The notes beneath the pieces are model-generated. The model made no database searches. It was not told the origin of the DNA and saw only the letters and a list, made by a program, of their open reading frames with translations. A DNA stretch of 64,000 bases, taken from the NCBI GenBank assembly GCA_024704765.1, contig JAKMXF010000349.1:62001-126000 (forward strand). Direction: 5' to 3'. This stretch comes from Oopsacas minuta. Its lineage: Eukaryota; Animalia; Porifera. Shown piece after piece: positions 13,062 to 24,218 of the stretch (the first letter of the stretch is position 1; every line of letters starts with the position of its first letter). The translations under genes and the position numbers were made by a program.

Positions 13062-14369
13062 CAGGGTGGCCAATAAGTTCTGTCCCCTCTCTGAATAGTG
13101 ATAACTATTTAGGTAGCCATTCTTATAGATTATTACTTGGCATTTATCTTATAGATATGTCTAGCAATACATAAACAAATCCTACTCTTTGTAGCCACCT
13201 TTGTTCTTGACTACACTTCTTAGTCGCGTCGGAAAAGACTCCACTGCGGCTCGCAGGACCTCCTGAGGAATCTTTTCCCACTCTTTGACCAATGATCTCT
13301 TCAGAGAGTCCAAATTGTTGTGAGACTTTGCACAAGCCTTTGTTTCCAATATGGCCCAGATCGAGAAGTCCATTGGGTTCAAATCTGGACTTGAGGGAGG
13401 CCATTCCTCCTTTGAAAGAAATCCTGAAATGTTCTCATGTAACCATTTTCGAGTGATATTGGCGGTGTGAGCCGGAGCATCGTCTTGTTGGAAGACAAAT
13501 GGTTGATTTCTAAATATATTTCTGCTCGAGAGTTTAATTACTGGTCAAGGATCAACTGCCGATAGGTTGCAGCATTTATTTTGACCCCTTCAGGTACAAA
13601 TATTAGCGGAGTCCGTCCATTCGCCGAAATACCGGCCCATACCATAATAGATCAGGGCTTTTGTGTCCTAGCTACATACAAAACATCCTCAGGGATGCTT
13701 GAAGAGTTTGGAGCTAATATTCTGTCATTCTGTTTGTTAGTAGCCTGCTCTATACTGAACAATTTTTCATCAGAGAACAGAAACCGGTCAAGATTTTCAA
13801 TTTCGAGTCGAGTAAGAAGACCCTTGCTTCTCGAGAGCCTTTTCAGCTTAATAGTCTCCGAAAGGAAATGAACAGTCTTCCTTTTATACGACCTGAAATC
13901 CAATTCATTCTTGACTAAATTTTGCATCGATCCTTTGGATATGTGGACCTCAGCTGCCATTTTCCTCATGGATCATAGAGGATTCCTCCTTTTTCGGTCC
14001 CTAACTAAATTCTTCATCCTGGGAGTAGTGATAGACTTAGGACGACCACTTCGGGGCATATCCTGAATGCTGCCCGTCTTCTGATAACGTAGGATAGTTC
14101 TATACACGAACTTTCTCCTTGATTATTTAAAATTCAGCAATTATAAAATTTCGCCTTGTGATTTACGTTTAGAAAATAATTCAACAATGGCAGCCCTTTC
14201 ACAAGCCATAGAATATTGTACAAGATAAATTGAATAAACAGCATATAGCTATAAAATATAAAGTATAATGTTTCTGAGAGTGACATAATTGTATTAAACT
14301 TGTGATAGCCTAATTAGTATTTATGTGATATTGTATCAAAGAATGGGACAGAACTTAATGGCCACCCTG
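13062..14369 (-). mobile_element. Full-length decayed maT (DD37D) element
   Basis: TIRs cagggtggcca[a/t]taagttctgtccc, TA flanks, 1308 bp. Minus-strand transposase from ATG at 14209 (MACERAAIVELF) to 13182, with FSDEKLFSIE and WPPSSPDLNPMDFSIW; stops and frameshifts. Confidence 0.93.
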
Positions 14370-15236
14370 TAGGCACTATAACCATAGTTCTACAATTATG
14401 AAATATCATAGACCACTATACATAAGCCATAAGGCCTCACAACTGATAATGGATTTTGGACTAGGGATACACAACGCAATCGAAGTTAAATATTGATAAA
14501 TATGGGAGTAGTCATCATTAGAGGGTATAATAACGTATTTTAAAGTATAATTATGCGTATTAGTGATTTTTAAGAAAGCATCGGCTTGTTTTTAACAATT
14601 AGAATTCACGTTCTTATTAACTCATAATTATTAAATATTTACATTCTAACTTATGTATTTTTGAGAGAAAGTCTCTACCAGTATTTAGAAATTTTGATTT
14701 TACATAGAAATGTATGAAAGAACCTCTTGAATTGTACATAGGAATGGATGAATATAAGATTAACCAACATAAGGTGTGAAAATATGTTAGGTGCACAACT
14801 ATATGCCACTACGACTAGGAGTATTCATGCCAAATTATATGAACATGAGAGTGAACACAGAAATGAAAATTCAGATTAGACACCAAAAATCCTATATGTA
14901 TTCGTATATAAATTATTTATAAATATACAACTATATTTTAATATAACACTAACCGGATCAACTTGGTGTCAACGCGAGACTATTAAAACTTGGATCTATG
15001 AGAGAAGGTTGATAAGTTCCTGGTGTGTACCAGGAAAAATACTTGGCCTACATTCCGTAAAGCATTCAACATATCGCATTATGATCATATTTATGTAATT
15101 TCTACTATTAATATAAAAGACTAAGAATATCCCTAGCAATGAATATTTCACATAGAAAGATAAGTGAATTGCGAACAGTTCTAACCATGAAATAATAGCA
15201 AAGTGATTATATCAAATGGGTATCAAAATAAGGATA

Positions 15237-15665
15237 TCATGAATTTTTCCGAAGGGCATTATCCAACATTCCACTCCAAAGCCAAAGGTAAGTTGAAGTA
15301 GATATTAGCAGAAGATTGTACACAGAATGAAGAAGATTTAAAGATAATGGTCGATCATCAAAAAGATCGTGGATACAACTAAATACACTAATAATCAGAG
15401 TGATTGTGAGTACAAATTCAAAAAATTCCGCAAAGGTAGTGACAAAGTAATTAGATAAGAGGACAGCATTGAGAATTACTGAAAATAATGTGTAAATAAA
15501 ACAAAGAAGATAAGTAGAAGAGTGTGGAGGAACTATCTTCTTATTGGGATGAGCGATAGCTAAATATAGTTTTCCAAATAAAGGCCCATACCATATAAAA
15601 CCAAAGAATTGCAAAAGTAACGTTATTAAGAGAGAAATTCCCAAGAAATCGAGATAAAAATACAT
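15237..15665 (-). CDS. DUF1761-like small multi-pass membrane protein (142 aa), intronless
   Basis: Clean ATG-to-stop ORF with four hydrophobic segments. The N-terminal GFIWYGPLFGK and C-terminal LFDDRPLSL..LHSVYNLL match my recollection of the DUF1761 pattern (G.lWY.p.lFGk ... F.e.rp..l.li..gY.l). Confidence 0.72.
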   Translation of the reverse strand: MYFYLDFLGISLLITLLLQFFGFIWYGPLFGKLYLAIAHPNKKIVPPHSSTYLLCFIYTLFSVILNAVLLSNYFVTTFAEFFEFVLTITLIISVFSCIHDLFDDRPLSLNLLHSVYNLLLISTSTYLWLWSGMLDNALRKNS

Positions 15666-17050
15666 AATCTAAAAAATCATATTAGTAAGACCAAGGGAAA
15701 TTAAAATTATGAAACTTGACAGTTTAAGCCCCAAATATATATATAGGTGTCAAAAAGGGTTATGAATTAGGCCTTATTCAGGTTACACTAATGCACACAT
15801 CGATTCCTGAATATACACTGTCAGTGAATAATGAGTTCCTAAATCTTTTAAAAAATATTTCTGTAAATAGCAAATTTCCATCAAAAAAGTAATTGTACAT
15901 TATATAACAAAATTTCTTGTGACATGATTTAGCCATTCTACCTAATACTTTCGCTATTAAATGGTCCCAAAGCGACAAGCATGAAGGAACAGAAATGAAT
16001 TTGATTCTGACCATAGAATTTTGTAAGGGACTTAAATTGGTACAATTATAGAATGTTACACAGGGACGGACTGGCCTACGGGGAGACCGGGAGATTTCCC
16101 GGTGGGCCGATAGGTAGATGGGCCGGTGAGCTTCTGACACCCCTACGCAAAACCTTTCAAACACAATATCAGAACTGGGTCCACACCTGTACCATGTAAA
16201 TACTGTTGAGCGATCGAAAATATGGAGATTTTTAGTGTCAGCCCCTAACATTAGTTTTCAATTTAGTTATACTATTCAGTTCTCAATTCTTAGATTATTT
16301 AATATTATTACTACAAATAACGTTATGTCAGATGGATATAACAAGCAGAAAAGGAAAGGAGGAGCTGAAAAAATTCGGGAAAAAAAGAGGTTACAGCTCA
16401 AAGATGCTGCTAATCAACCTGGACAGCAGAGAATTGGATCGAGAAGTTCATCTGAATCCAATATACCTGTGCAAATCGGGGTCTGTATTGCTGTAGCTGA
16501 GTCCTCAATTACCAAAACAGGTAGTGAACAAATACAAAAGTGTAGTATAGAATGTCAAGGATCTGATACTGATTCCAGTGGAGAACAGATGGATGACTAC
16601 ACTTCAGAAGCTCATGTTGCTGTCCCGACTAATGTACTCAGAGATGAAATCGGGACAACATTATATGAAGATGAATTGACTATGGAGCAATCCCAGGAAT
16701 ATAGGGAAGAAGCACATAATGTTGGCTTACCAGAATGTGTAGATGCATATTTCACTAAACCTACAGAAAATGAGGGAAATTCCTTTTTCCATTACCACCC
16801 ACAACAACCACTTACTAAGATTCCATTCAATCCAGAAAAAGCATATAAGAGGGGTGGTTTTTCACGTCATTGGTTAACATATTCTGAATCTAAAGAGGCT
16901 TTATTTTGTTCTGTCTGTCTGGCATTTAGCACACCGTCTGAGTCCAACAAAATTACTCTTGGAATGAGTACTTGGAAGCATGTTTATCAAAGAATTGAAG
17001 AACATGAAAGTTCTCAATATCACAAGCAAAATACAGATGCTTTTTTAATA

Positions 17051-18363
17051 CAGGGTGGCTCCAAAGTTCTGATACAAAATCATGATTAATATACAACCAT
17101 TATCAGGAAGTATTCTCAATGGTTTGCTCTTCCATGACATACCTTATACGCTTCCTAACAAATATTATTTCAATTTGGTGTATTCTATTTCGAAAAAAAA
17201 TTGTGATTGACCATGGAATCTGAGAGGTCAGCAATTATTGAGTTGCATATGGCGGGGAAAAGTCCATCAGAAATTTTGAAACTGCTGAATATTGCAAAAG
17301 GACGTAGAGCATTTATCTACAGGACGATAAATCGATATAAGGAAACTGGGGACACTGTAGACAAGCCGAGATCTGGTCGTCCATGCTCTGTAATGACCTC
17401 AGCTCTCAAGAAGGTGGTGCGAGAACGGATTCGGCGGAACCCACACCGTTCGATGAGGAAAATGGCCTTGGAGCTCAATATATCTCGCCGAGCAATACAA
17501 AAGGTTGTAAAAAGGGACCTAGGAATGCGCTCTTTTAAACGCAAAAAGGTACAATTCCTATCTGGGTCGGTGAAAGAAAAGAGAGTGTCCCGGAGCAAGA
17601 GCCTACTTGCTCTACACGCTATTGGAGTTCTCGAAAATACCATTTTCTCAGATGAGAAAATTTTCACCATTGAAGAGGCTACAAATAGCCAAAACGACAG
17701 AGTCATCTCGACCTCAGTTTCAGCGATCCCTGATAAGTTCAGATATATCAGTCGGATGAAGAAACCACTGTCGGTGATGGTTTTGGCTGGGGTCTCTGCA
17801 GTTGGTCGAACACCGCTGATTTTCATCCCCCCAGGAGTAAAAATCAATGCCAAAACATACCAAGAGCTTGTATTAGAGCCTGTGGTAAAAGGTCTGAGCC
17901 AGACCATGTTTTCTGGACAGCAATTTGTCTTCCAACAAGATGGTGCTCCCGCCCATACGGCCAATACGACCCAAGATTGGCTGAAGCACAATATTCCCAA
18001 TTTTATACATAAGGATGAATGGCCACCATACAGTCCCGATTTAAATCCCATGGACTATTCTGTATGGTCTACCTTGGAAAACAAGGCTTGTTCTGTGTCA
18101 CACAACACAGTTAGCTCTCTAAAGATTTCCTTGTGTCGAGAATGGGAGAAGATACCCCAAGGAACTCTGCGTGCCGCAGTAGAAGGATTCCCGAACAGAC
18201 TCAGGGCTGTCATTTCCAAAAAGGGTGGTTATATTGAATAAATGACTAGGCAATCTCTTCCTAATAGTATGTAGTAATTATATATAGAGAATCAATAATG
18301 TAGGTCATGCTGAATAAATATTATAGACAAAATGGTTTGTATCAGAACTTTGGAGCGACCCTG
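17051..18363 (+). mobile_element. maT (DD37D) Tc1/mariner element, apparently intact
   Basis: 28-bp TIRs cagggt[g/c]gctccaaagttctgatacaaa with one mismatch, TA duplication, 1313 bp, single uninterrupted ORF. Confidence 0.97.
17213..18241 (+). CDS. DD37D (maT) transposase, 342 aa from ATG
   Basis: Paired-like HTH N-terminus, GRP motif (PRSGRP), FSDEKIF, FQQDGAPAH and WPPYSPDLNPMDY; 37 residues between the second and third Asp. Confidence 0.96.
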   Translation: MESERSAIIELHMAGKSPSEILKLLNIAKGRRAFIYRTINRYKETGDTVDKPRSGRPCSVMTSALKKVVRERIRRNPHRSMRKMALELNISRRAIQKVVKRDLGMRSFKRKKVQFLSGSVKEKRVSRSKSLLALHAIGVLENTIFSDEKIFTIEEATNSQNDRVISTSVSAIPDKFRYISRMKKPLSVMVLAGVSAVGRTPLIFIPPGVKINAKTYQELVLEPVVKGLSQTMFSGQQFVFQQDGAPAHTANTTQDWLKHNIPNFIHKDEWPPYSPDLNPMDYSVWSTLENKACSVSHNTVSSLKISLCREWEKIPQGTLRAAVEGFPNRLRAVISKKGGYIE

Positions 18364-21289
18364 TACACTCTTCTGAATGTGATATTTCCTTTCTTTTGGT
18401 AAGAGACGCTACAAATATACGCATATCACAGGTTATTCAAAAACGCAAAGTTATGGAACGAATTATTGATATACTCATGTTCATAGGAAAGCCTGGTCTG
18501 AGTTACAGAGGTAATAAGGCTTAAAGTGCCTTTCTTTTGGATGCTCCGTTAATTGATCATGGTAATTTTTTAGAACTTTTATTGTTACTGTCAAAATACG
18601 ATGAAATACTAAGAGTTCATCTTGACAAAGTCATATGTGAGAGCAAGAAGAGACACAGTTCGCTTTGTGAAGGTCAAAAAGGCCGTGGATCTCTCATCAC
18701 CCTTATTTCCAAAACTACGTTAAACTATATTCTTGAGGCAATCCATCAGTTACAGCTTGATTTAATTGTTCAAGAAGTGAACAAACCCGGGATCTATTCC
18801 ATTCAGATCGATACAACTCAAGATATCACAACTACAGATCAGTGTTCAGTAATTATTCGTTATAAAACTGATCAAATACATGCACGTCTTCTTGCTTTCG
18901 TAGCCAGTAACTCAGGTAAGGGGTCAAGGTTATTCGAAATGCTTCATACTATTTTGAAAACCAATAATTTGAAGATTTTTCATTGCGTTTCTGACAGTAC
19001 TGATGGTGCAGCCAACATGGCTGGGCAATATAATGGCCTCAATGCATGGATAAAACAAGCATCGCCTAATCATATTCATGTATGGTGTTATGCACATGTA
19101 TTAAATCTGGTCATCACAGAAGCCACATCCTCAAATTCAGCTTCTATTTCTCTTTTTGGATTACTGAACTCCTGCGTTACTTTTTTTTCTAATTCCTACT
19201 TGAGAATGAACACCTGGAAAGGCAATCTCAATGAATCAAAAGGATCACATAAGCTGAAACGTCTTCAAGCAATAGGAACTACCGTTGGTGGTCAAAAGAC
19301 AGAGCACTAAAAAATATTTTTGGGAATTGGAAAGATCCTTTCAATGCATTATTTGTAAATCTTATTGAATTTTTGGATTCAATCTCCAAAGCAGCTGAAA
19401 TGAACGCAAAGGCAAGGTTTGGTGCTCAGGCATTACTGAGTGGCCTAATAAAATATGAAACAATTTGGGTTGCACATATTTACCCTAGATTATTTCAAAT
19501 GACCACTCGACTTTCTGAATACCTTCAAACTTCTGGTCTCGACTTTATATAAGCTCAAGGAATGACTGTAGCAACTATGGAATCCCTTAGGAGAATGAAA
19601 GATGAATTTGAGTCCATTATACTTACTGCTAACAAATTCATTGAATCTCAAAATGAAAAGCTAGAATTATTAGACTGTGATATTTTTCTTGATAATTCAC
19701 TTCCTCTTAGAAGATACAGAAAGAAAAATATAATGCCAGGTGATGAAGTACCAGATGAGTTACCAACTGATGCACTGGAAAGATTTAACATTGAAACTTT
19801 TAATGTAATTATGGATACAACTATACAAAGTATAGAAAGAAGGTTTCGAATACATGAAGATCTCTATGCTTCGATTTCTTACTTTGATCCTCGCAATTTT
19901 GACAAGATAAAGTTACAAAATGCCTTGCCGGATTCCGCACTAGAAAAGGTGTCTACTTTACTTAAACAACATTTTCCAGAAATCAAAGTTGGATGATTTA
20001 AGAGATGAACTCATTTCTCTTGCTAATAATTGGTCAGCATTCCAGAAAGTTCTGCCTGAAAACTATCAAACACCAGTTGAAAATGAAAGTGATGATCTGG
20101 AAATGGGACACGAAAAGAGCTGCAAGAACTGTATGACATGTGTTTACACGTGTCTATTAAGATACAATATGTATGTAAGATCATACCCTACACTTTTTGA
20201 GCTTACAAGTTTCTATTGACAATATCAGTTACACAAGTTGCATGTGAACGATCGTTCTCTAAATTGAAGCACATCAAAACAAAATATCGCAATCTTCTAA
20301 CACAAGAACATCTGGAGGGATTCATGATGATGTGCGTAGAAAAGGACATTTTAGTCCAAGTAGACCCCGAGAAAATAATCAATCATGTTGCGAATAAAAG
20401 TCAGGAATTGTCAAAGCTTTTACAGTTTTAGGTTTTAAAACATCATACAAAATTCTGTATAAAAAATAAATCTGTTTTTAGTAAAGTGGGCCGGTTTAAT
20501 AATATTTTCCCGGGCCGACTATTTGAGCCAGTCCGTCCCTGATGTTACACCTCAACTTTTTGCAAGATGGTAAAAACAGCTATATGAGCCGTTATAGAGC
20601 ATGTTGAGAGATGAAGATTGAGCTAGAGATTTCGAAAATCGGTCAAGAAACAAAAAAGTTACAGCAATTGTAACTTATAAGCCAAAGTCTATGGGCAAAA
20701 TTGCAACTTCATTGAAGCCAAATATATTCCAATAACAGTGTTGCAAATAGCATAGTAGTGTGCATACAATACTACAACATACCTAATTAGCATTCCAATG
20801 TCTAAGTAATTTGTGTTACTTATTAATCATTCTTTTAAATCTCCAAGTAAATAGACATATTTAGTAAACATACAATCTGCAATATTTGTATATTATTTAA
20901 TAATTATAACTATAGAATGGAGATATAAGTGTTTAATTGAGCATATTTGGGAATGCTGCACTTACCAACAAATCTATGCAAATTTCAAACAGATTTTCGC
21001 CTGTCATTTCACTAACACTTATTGTCATTATACCAAAGAAAGGATCTCTATTATGTGATATACAGCAAACAATGGCATTCTACTCGCTAATAATGGAACA
21101 AATTTGGGACAATATCAAATAATAACTGTGTATAATATTGTCAAATAAACTACTTTTAAATGGTTTGAGCCCATGGCTGGTTCCAATGTTTGAACAACTA
21201 GAATTATTTTGATTCTCATGTAAATATCTAACAACTATGAAAACCTAGTAATTAGCATGCAAGAGATTGTATCTAAGTAACAGTATATT

Positions 21290-22210
21290 GGTTTCTTATT
21301 TCTATTATCAAGTTGTGAAATGGATTGTCACCATATTCCTTTCTCCAGCAATTTTCAGCGAGGTATGCATCCAGGAGCTCGGGGCTGGTGATCATGAAAT
21401 TTCTCATCTTTTTCTTGGCTGGACTCCAGCGCTTTCTATTGTTTGTGTGTGAATCTCTGCTCCAGGGACCCCAAACTGGATACTATGATTAACAGTCAAA
21501 TAGGTGATCGTAGCTGGTGGAATAAGATTGGATGAAGCCCATTCATCGCATAGAATAATAGTACTGGGTTTGATTTATTGTTCTATATTGGGAATCAATG
21601 TAGAAGCTGATCTAGCTTCAACTGTGACCATGAAAGCTTCTTTGTTCACTCTATCAATCCCACCAAACACCCATTTTCCTGATAGTTTCCTTCCTCGAGG
21701 TACTTTCTTTTACCAAATTTGCTTTCATCGATTTCAACGATGTGCCCATGCCTCCCGATTGGTTCGGGATTAGAGAGGTACTTCTCCACACAGATATCCC
21801 TCGAGAAAATTTTCCAATCCGTAATGGTGTTTAAAGACCACTTTAAGATTTAGGGTTAAGAAATGTGTACTTTGTAGTCCTTCTGCCCAAAAATAGAAAA
21901 ATTCCCCAACTGAGTAAGAGGTATATTGGATCCCTCAAAGAATAATCCTACTAGTAGGGATGCAAATGTCTTGCAACCTTTTTCAGGATATATCCAACCT
22001 CTCCCTTCGTGCACCTTAGAAAATACGCCTTTCGACATGTTTGCCCACATTTACATCTCATACCTCTTGCTAATAAATGTGAACCCTCAACCAATCGATA
22101 CAATTGTCACGATTGATGGTTATCCTTAAGAATAATTCCTTCAATCCAATCTGATCAACAAACGGAAAAGATGTAGGCATCATTACAAGTCTAAAGACGG
22201 GAGTAGCCAT
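21290..22210 (-). pseudogene. Merlin transposase remnant
   Basis: Minus strand across frameshifts: N-terminal CxC zinc-ribbon region, then TITDWKIFSRDIC, GHIVEIDESKFGKRKY, KWVFGGIDR, TIILCDEW, TVNHS, HTQTIES. This is the ISXO2/Merlin DDE signature. Confidence 0.9.
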
Positions 22211-22749
22211 GAAAATTGCGACAATCGTGAAAAATATAAGTTTGAAATGATAAGCAGTTGTATTTCTGATATCGAAATATATTGTTTATATTTATAGAGA
22301 TTGCTTTGATCTGTCTACTTGGAGATGATCCACACTAGTGATTTGCTTTTATCACCCAGATAGAAAAATCAATTGTTACTGTTTCAACCATGAAATAGCC
22401 ATACTACATTAACATGTAAGAAAAAGTACACACAATTGATTTTAAAATGTTAAAAACTATACAAATGCAAATAATTCGCATGATGAACAAAATAATTCAT
22501 CAACAGCCCATTATAATTCATTCTTTTTAGGATGTTATGAGTTTGTTCCAACACGCATGGCAGATAACCATCTCTAACTTATAAGGGAATACTTTAGAAT
22601 ATGCTAAAAGCGGTTCATTTTTATTTATTATGATTCACTAAAGGGTATATTCACTCATTCATGTAGGTTCTTTGTCTTTCCTTAGATTATAGTATTGAAT
22701 TTAACCTTTTGTATTGCTCTTTATTTTGAAACCATATTAAGTCCTAAAG

Positions 22750-22910
22750 TTATTCTTACTCTAATAGCAAACAGCCGTATAACCAAGTACGTGAAAGCCT
22801 CCATGTCCTACAGTTCAGGGGGTCAAGTAACAAGCAGCACCCTGAACTGTAAGACGCAGAGGCTTTAACGGACTTTGTTATAAGGCTGCTTGTTACTGGA
22901 GTAATGAATA
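22750..22910. repeat. ~160-bp palindromic MITE-like hairpin inside the Merlin element
   Basis: tagcaaacagccgtataaccaagtacgtgaaagcctccatgtcctacagttcaggg is imperfectly mirrored by ccctgaactgtaagacgcagaggctttaacggactttgttataaggctgcttgtta, with a ~19-nt loop. Confidence 0.75.
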
Positions 22911-24218
22911 ATTTTCATCCCTATTCCTGTTTCCTTATTGTGGGAATTTGCTCGAATTATCGGCCTTAGTCAGTGAACCTAATACTTTATTCTACTAATA
23001 CAATTTGAATTGATTCACAAAGAAACTCTTGCATTAGTTATCCCAAAAGTTGCTAGATAGCGTATCCCACAACCCCATGCAAAAATAAAGTCATTAGTTC
23101 TTACAAGTTTCTCAATCAATTCCAGACAAACAACCAAAAAATATGCATACCATGAAATAAAGTTTCAGGCAAATCGGTTGCAATAGAAGTTTCATGCAAG
23201 TGTAAAAGGTGTCCTGTGTTATAGTATGATTAAATTAATTTCTAAAATTTCATTGAAAGCTTTGTTTTGAGCCCCCCTACGCATGCAACAATATTTATGT
23301 GCAACATTTTTGCATGCAACGATCAATGCACAATATACGAAAATTTTGGTGTATACCATCCCATAACACACGGTATAACATAGTTGCATTATGTATAGTG
23401 GGCTTTACATGAATCAAACGAAAAAGAATCGCTGAAGATTATTAGAAGATATGATACCCGATGAATAGAACTAACAACCGTTTGTATTTAAAGTTCAAGT
23501 AGTTACTAAATAATCTCTTGATATGTAATTAATTCACTGGATATCATTATTGCAGATTGTATGTTACTAAATATGTCTATTTCCTTGGAGATTTAAGAGA
23601 ATGATTAATAAGTAACACAAATTACTTAGACATTGGAATGCTAATTAGGTATGTTGTAGTATTGTATGCACACTACTATGCTATTTGCAACACTGTTATT
23701 GGAATATATTTGGCTTCAATGAAGTTGCAATTTTGCCCATAGACTTTGGCTTATAAGTTACAATTGCTGTAACTTTTTTGTTTCTTGACCGATTTTCGAA
23801 ATCTCTAGCTCAATCTTCATCTCTCAACATGCTCTATAACGGCTCATATAGCTGTTTTACCATCTTGCTAAAGGTTGGGGTGTAACATTCTATAATTGTA
23901 CCCATAAATTAAACTGCACTCGAAGAATCGTGCTAATTGGTGATTTCCTGCCTTATTTCAAGTAAAACACAATAATTGTGATACTTCAAAGATCGAGTTG
24001 TCTCTTGATGTTAGCTAGGTTAATATCTATTTTGGCTAATTGTATATTCAAAAGAAACATCAAAAGTAGAAGTATGGTTCATATACAGGTAACTGAATTA
24101 ACTATCAAAACAACAATTAGACGAGACTGGATATTGTTTCTTTATTTCCACGTCCATTATTTTCTGCAAACAAATTTCAGATAAGTGAGTATTTAAAGAT
24201 ACGGGGTTAGTAGTCATA

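Larger units (their letters stand above)
16061..20541 (+). mobile_element. hAT element (TTF-zinc finger/DUF4371/hATC transposase), disrupted, hosting a maT insertion
   Basis: TIRs cagggacggactggc; perfect 8-bp TSD atgttaca (16053-60, 20542-49). ORF from ATG 16326 (MSDGYNKQKRKGGAEK) reads DAFLI|HSSEC in frame once the maT and one TA are removed. SIQIDTTQDI, STDGAANMAG, WCYAHVLNL, CERSFSKLK; residual stops and frameshifts. Confidence 0.95.
16039..23902 (-). mobile_element. Merlin (IS1016/ISXO2-like) element with ~355-bp TIRs; left TIR split by a hAT insertion
   Basis: Right arm 23548-23902 is the reverse complement of 16039-16060 joined to 20550-20884. Termini are GGTAC; 8-bp TSD cttaaatt / cataaatt; internal Merlin transposase remnant. 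Length without the nested insert is ~3.4 kb. Confidence 0.88.

Noticed and set aside
15778-16251. 157-aa minus-strand ORF
   Set aside because: Runs across the Merlin terminus and hAT TIR junction, so it is stitched from unrelated non-coding ends.
17317-18051. 244-aa antisense ORF
   Set aside because: Lies entirely opposite the intact maT transposase and has no recognisable motifs; treated as a shadow ORF.
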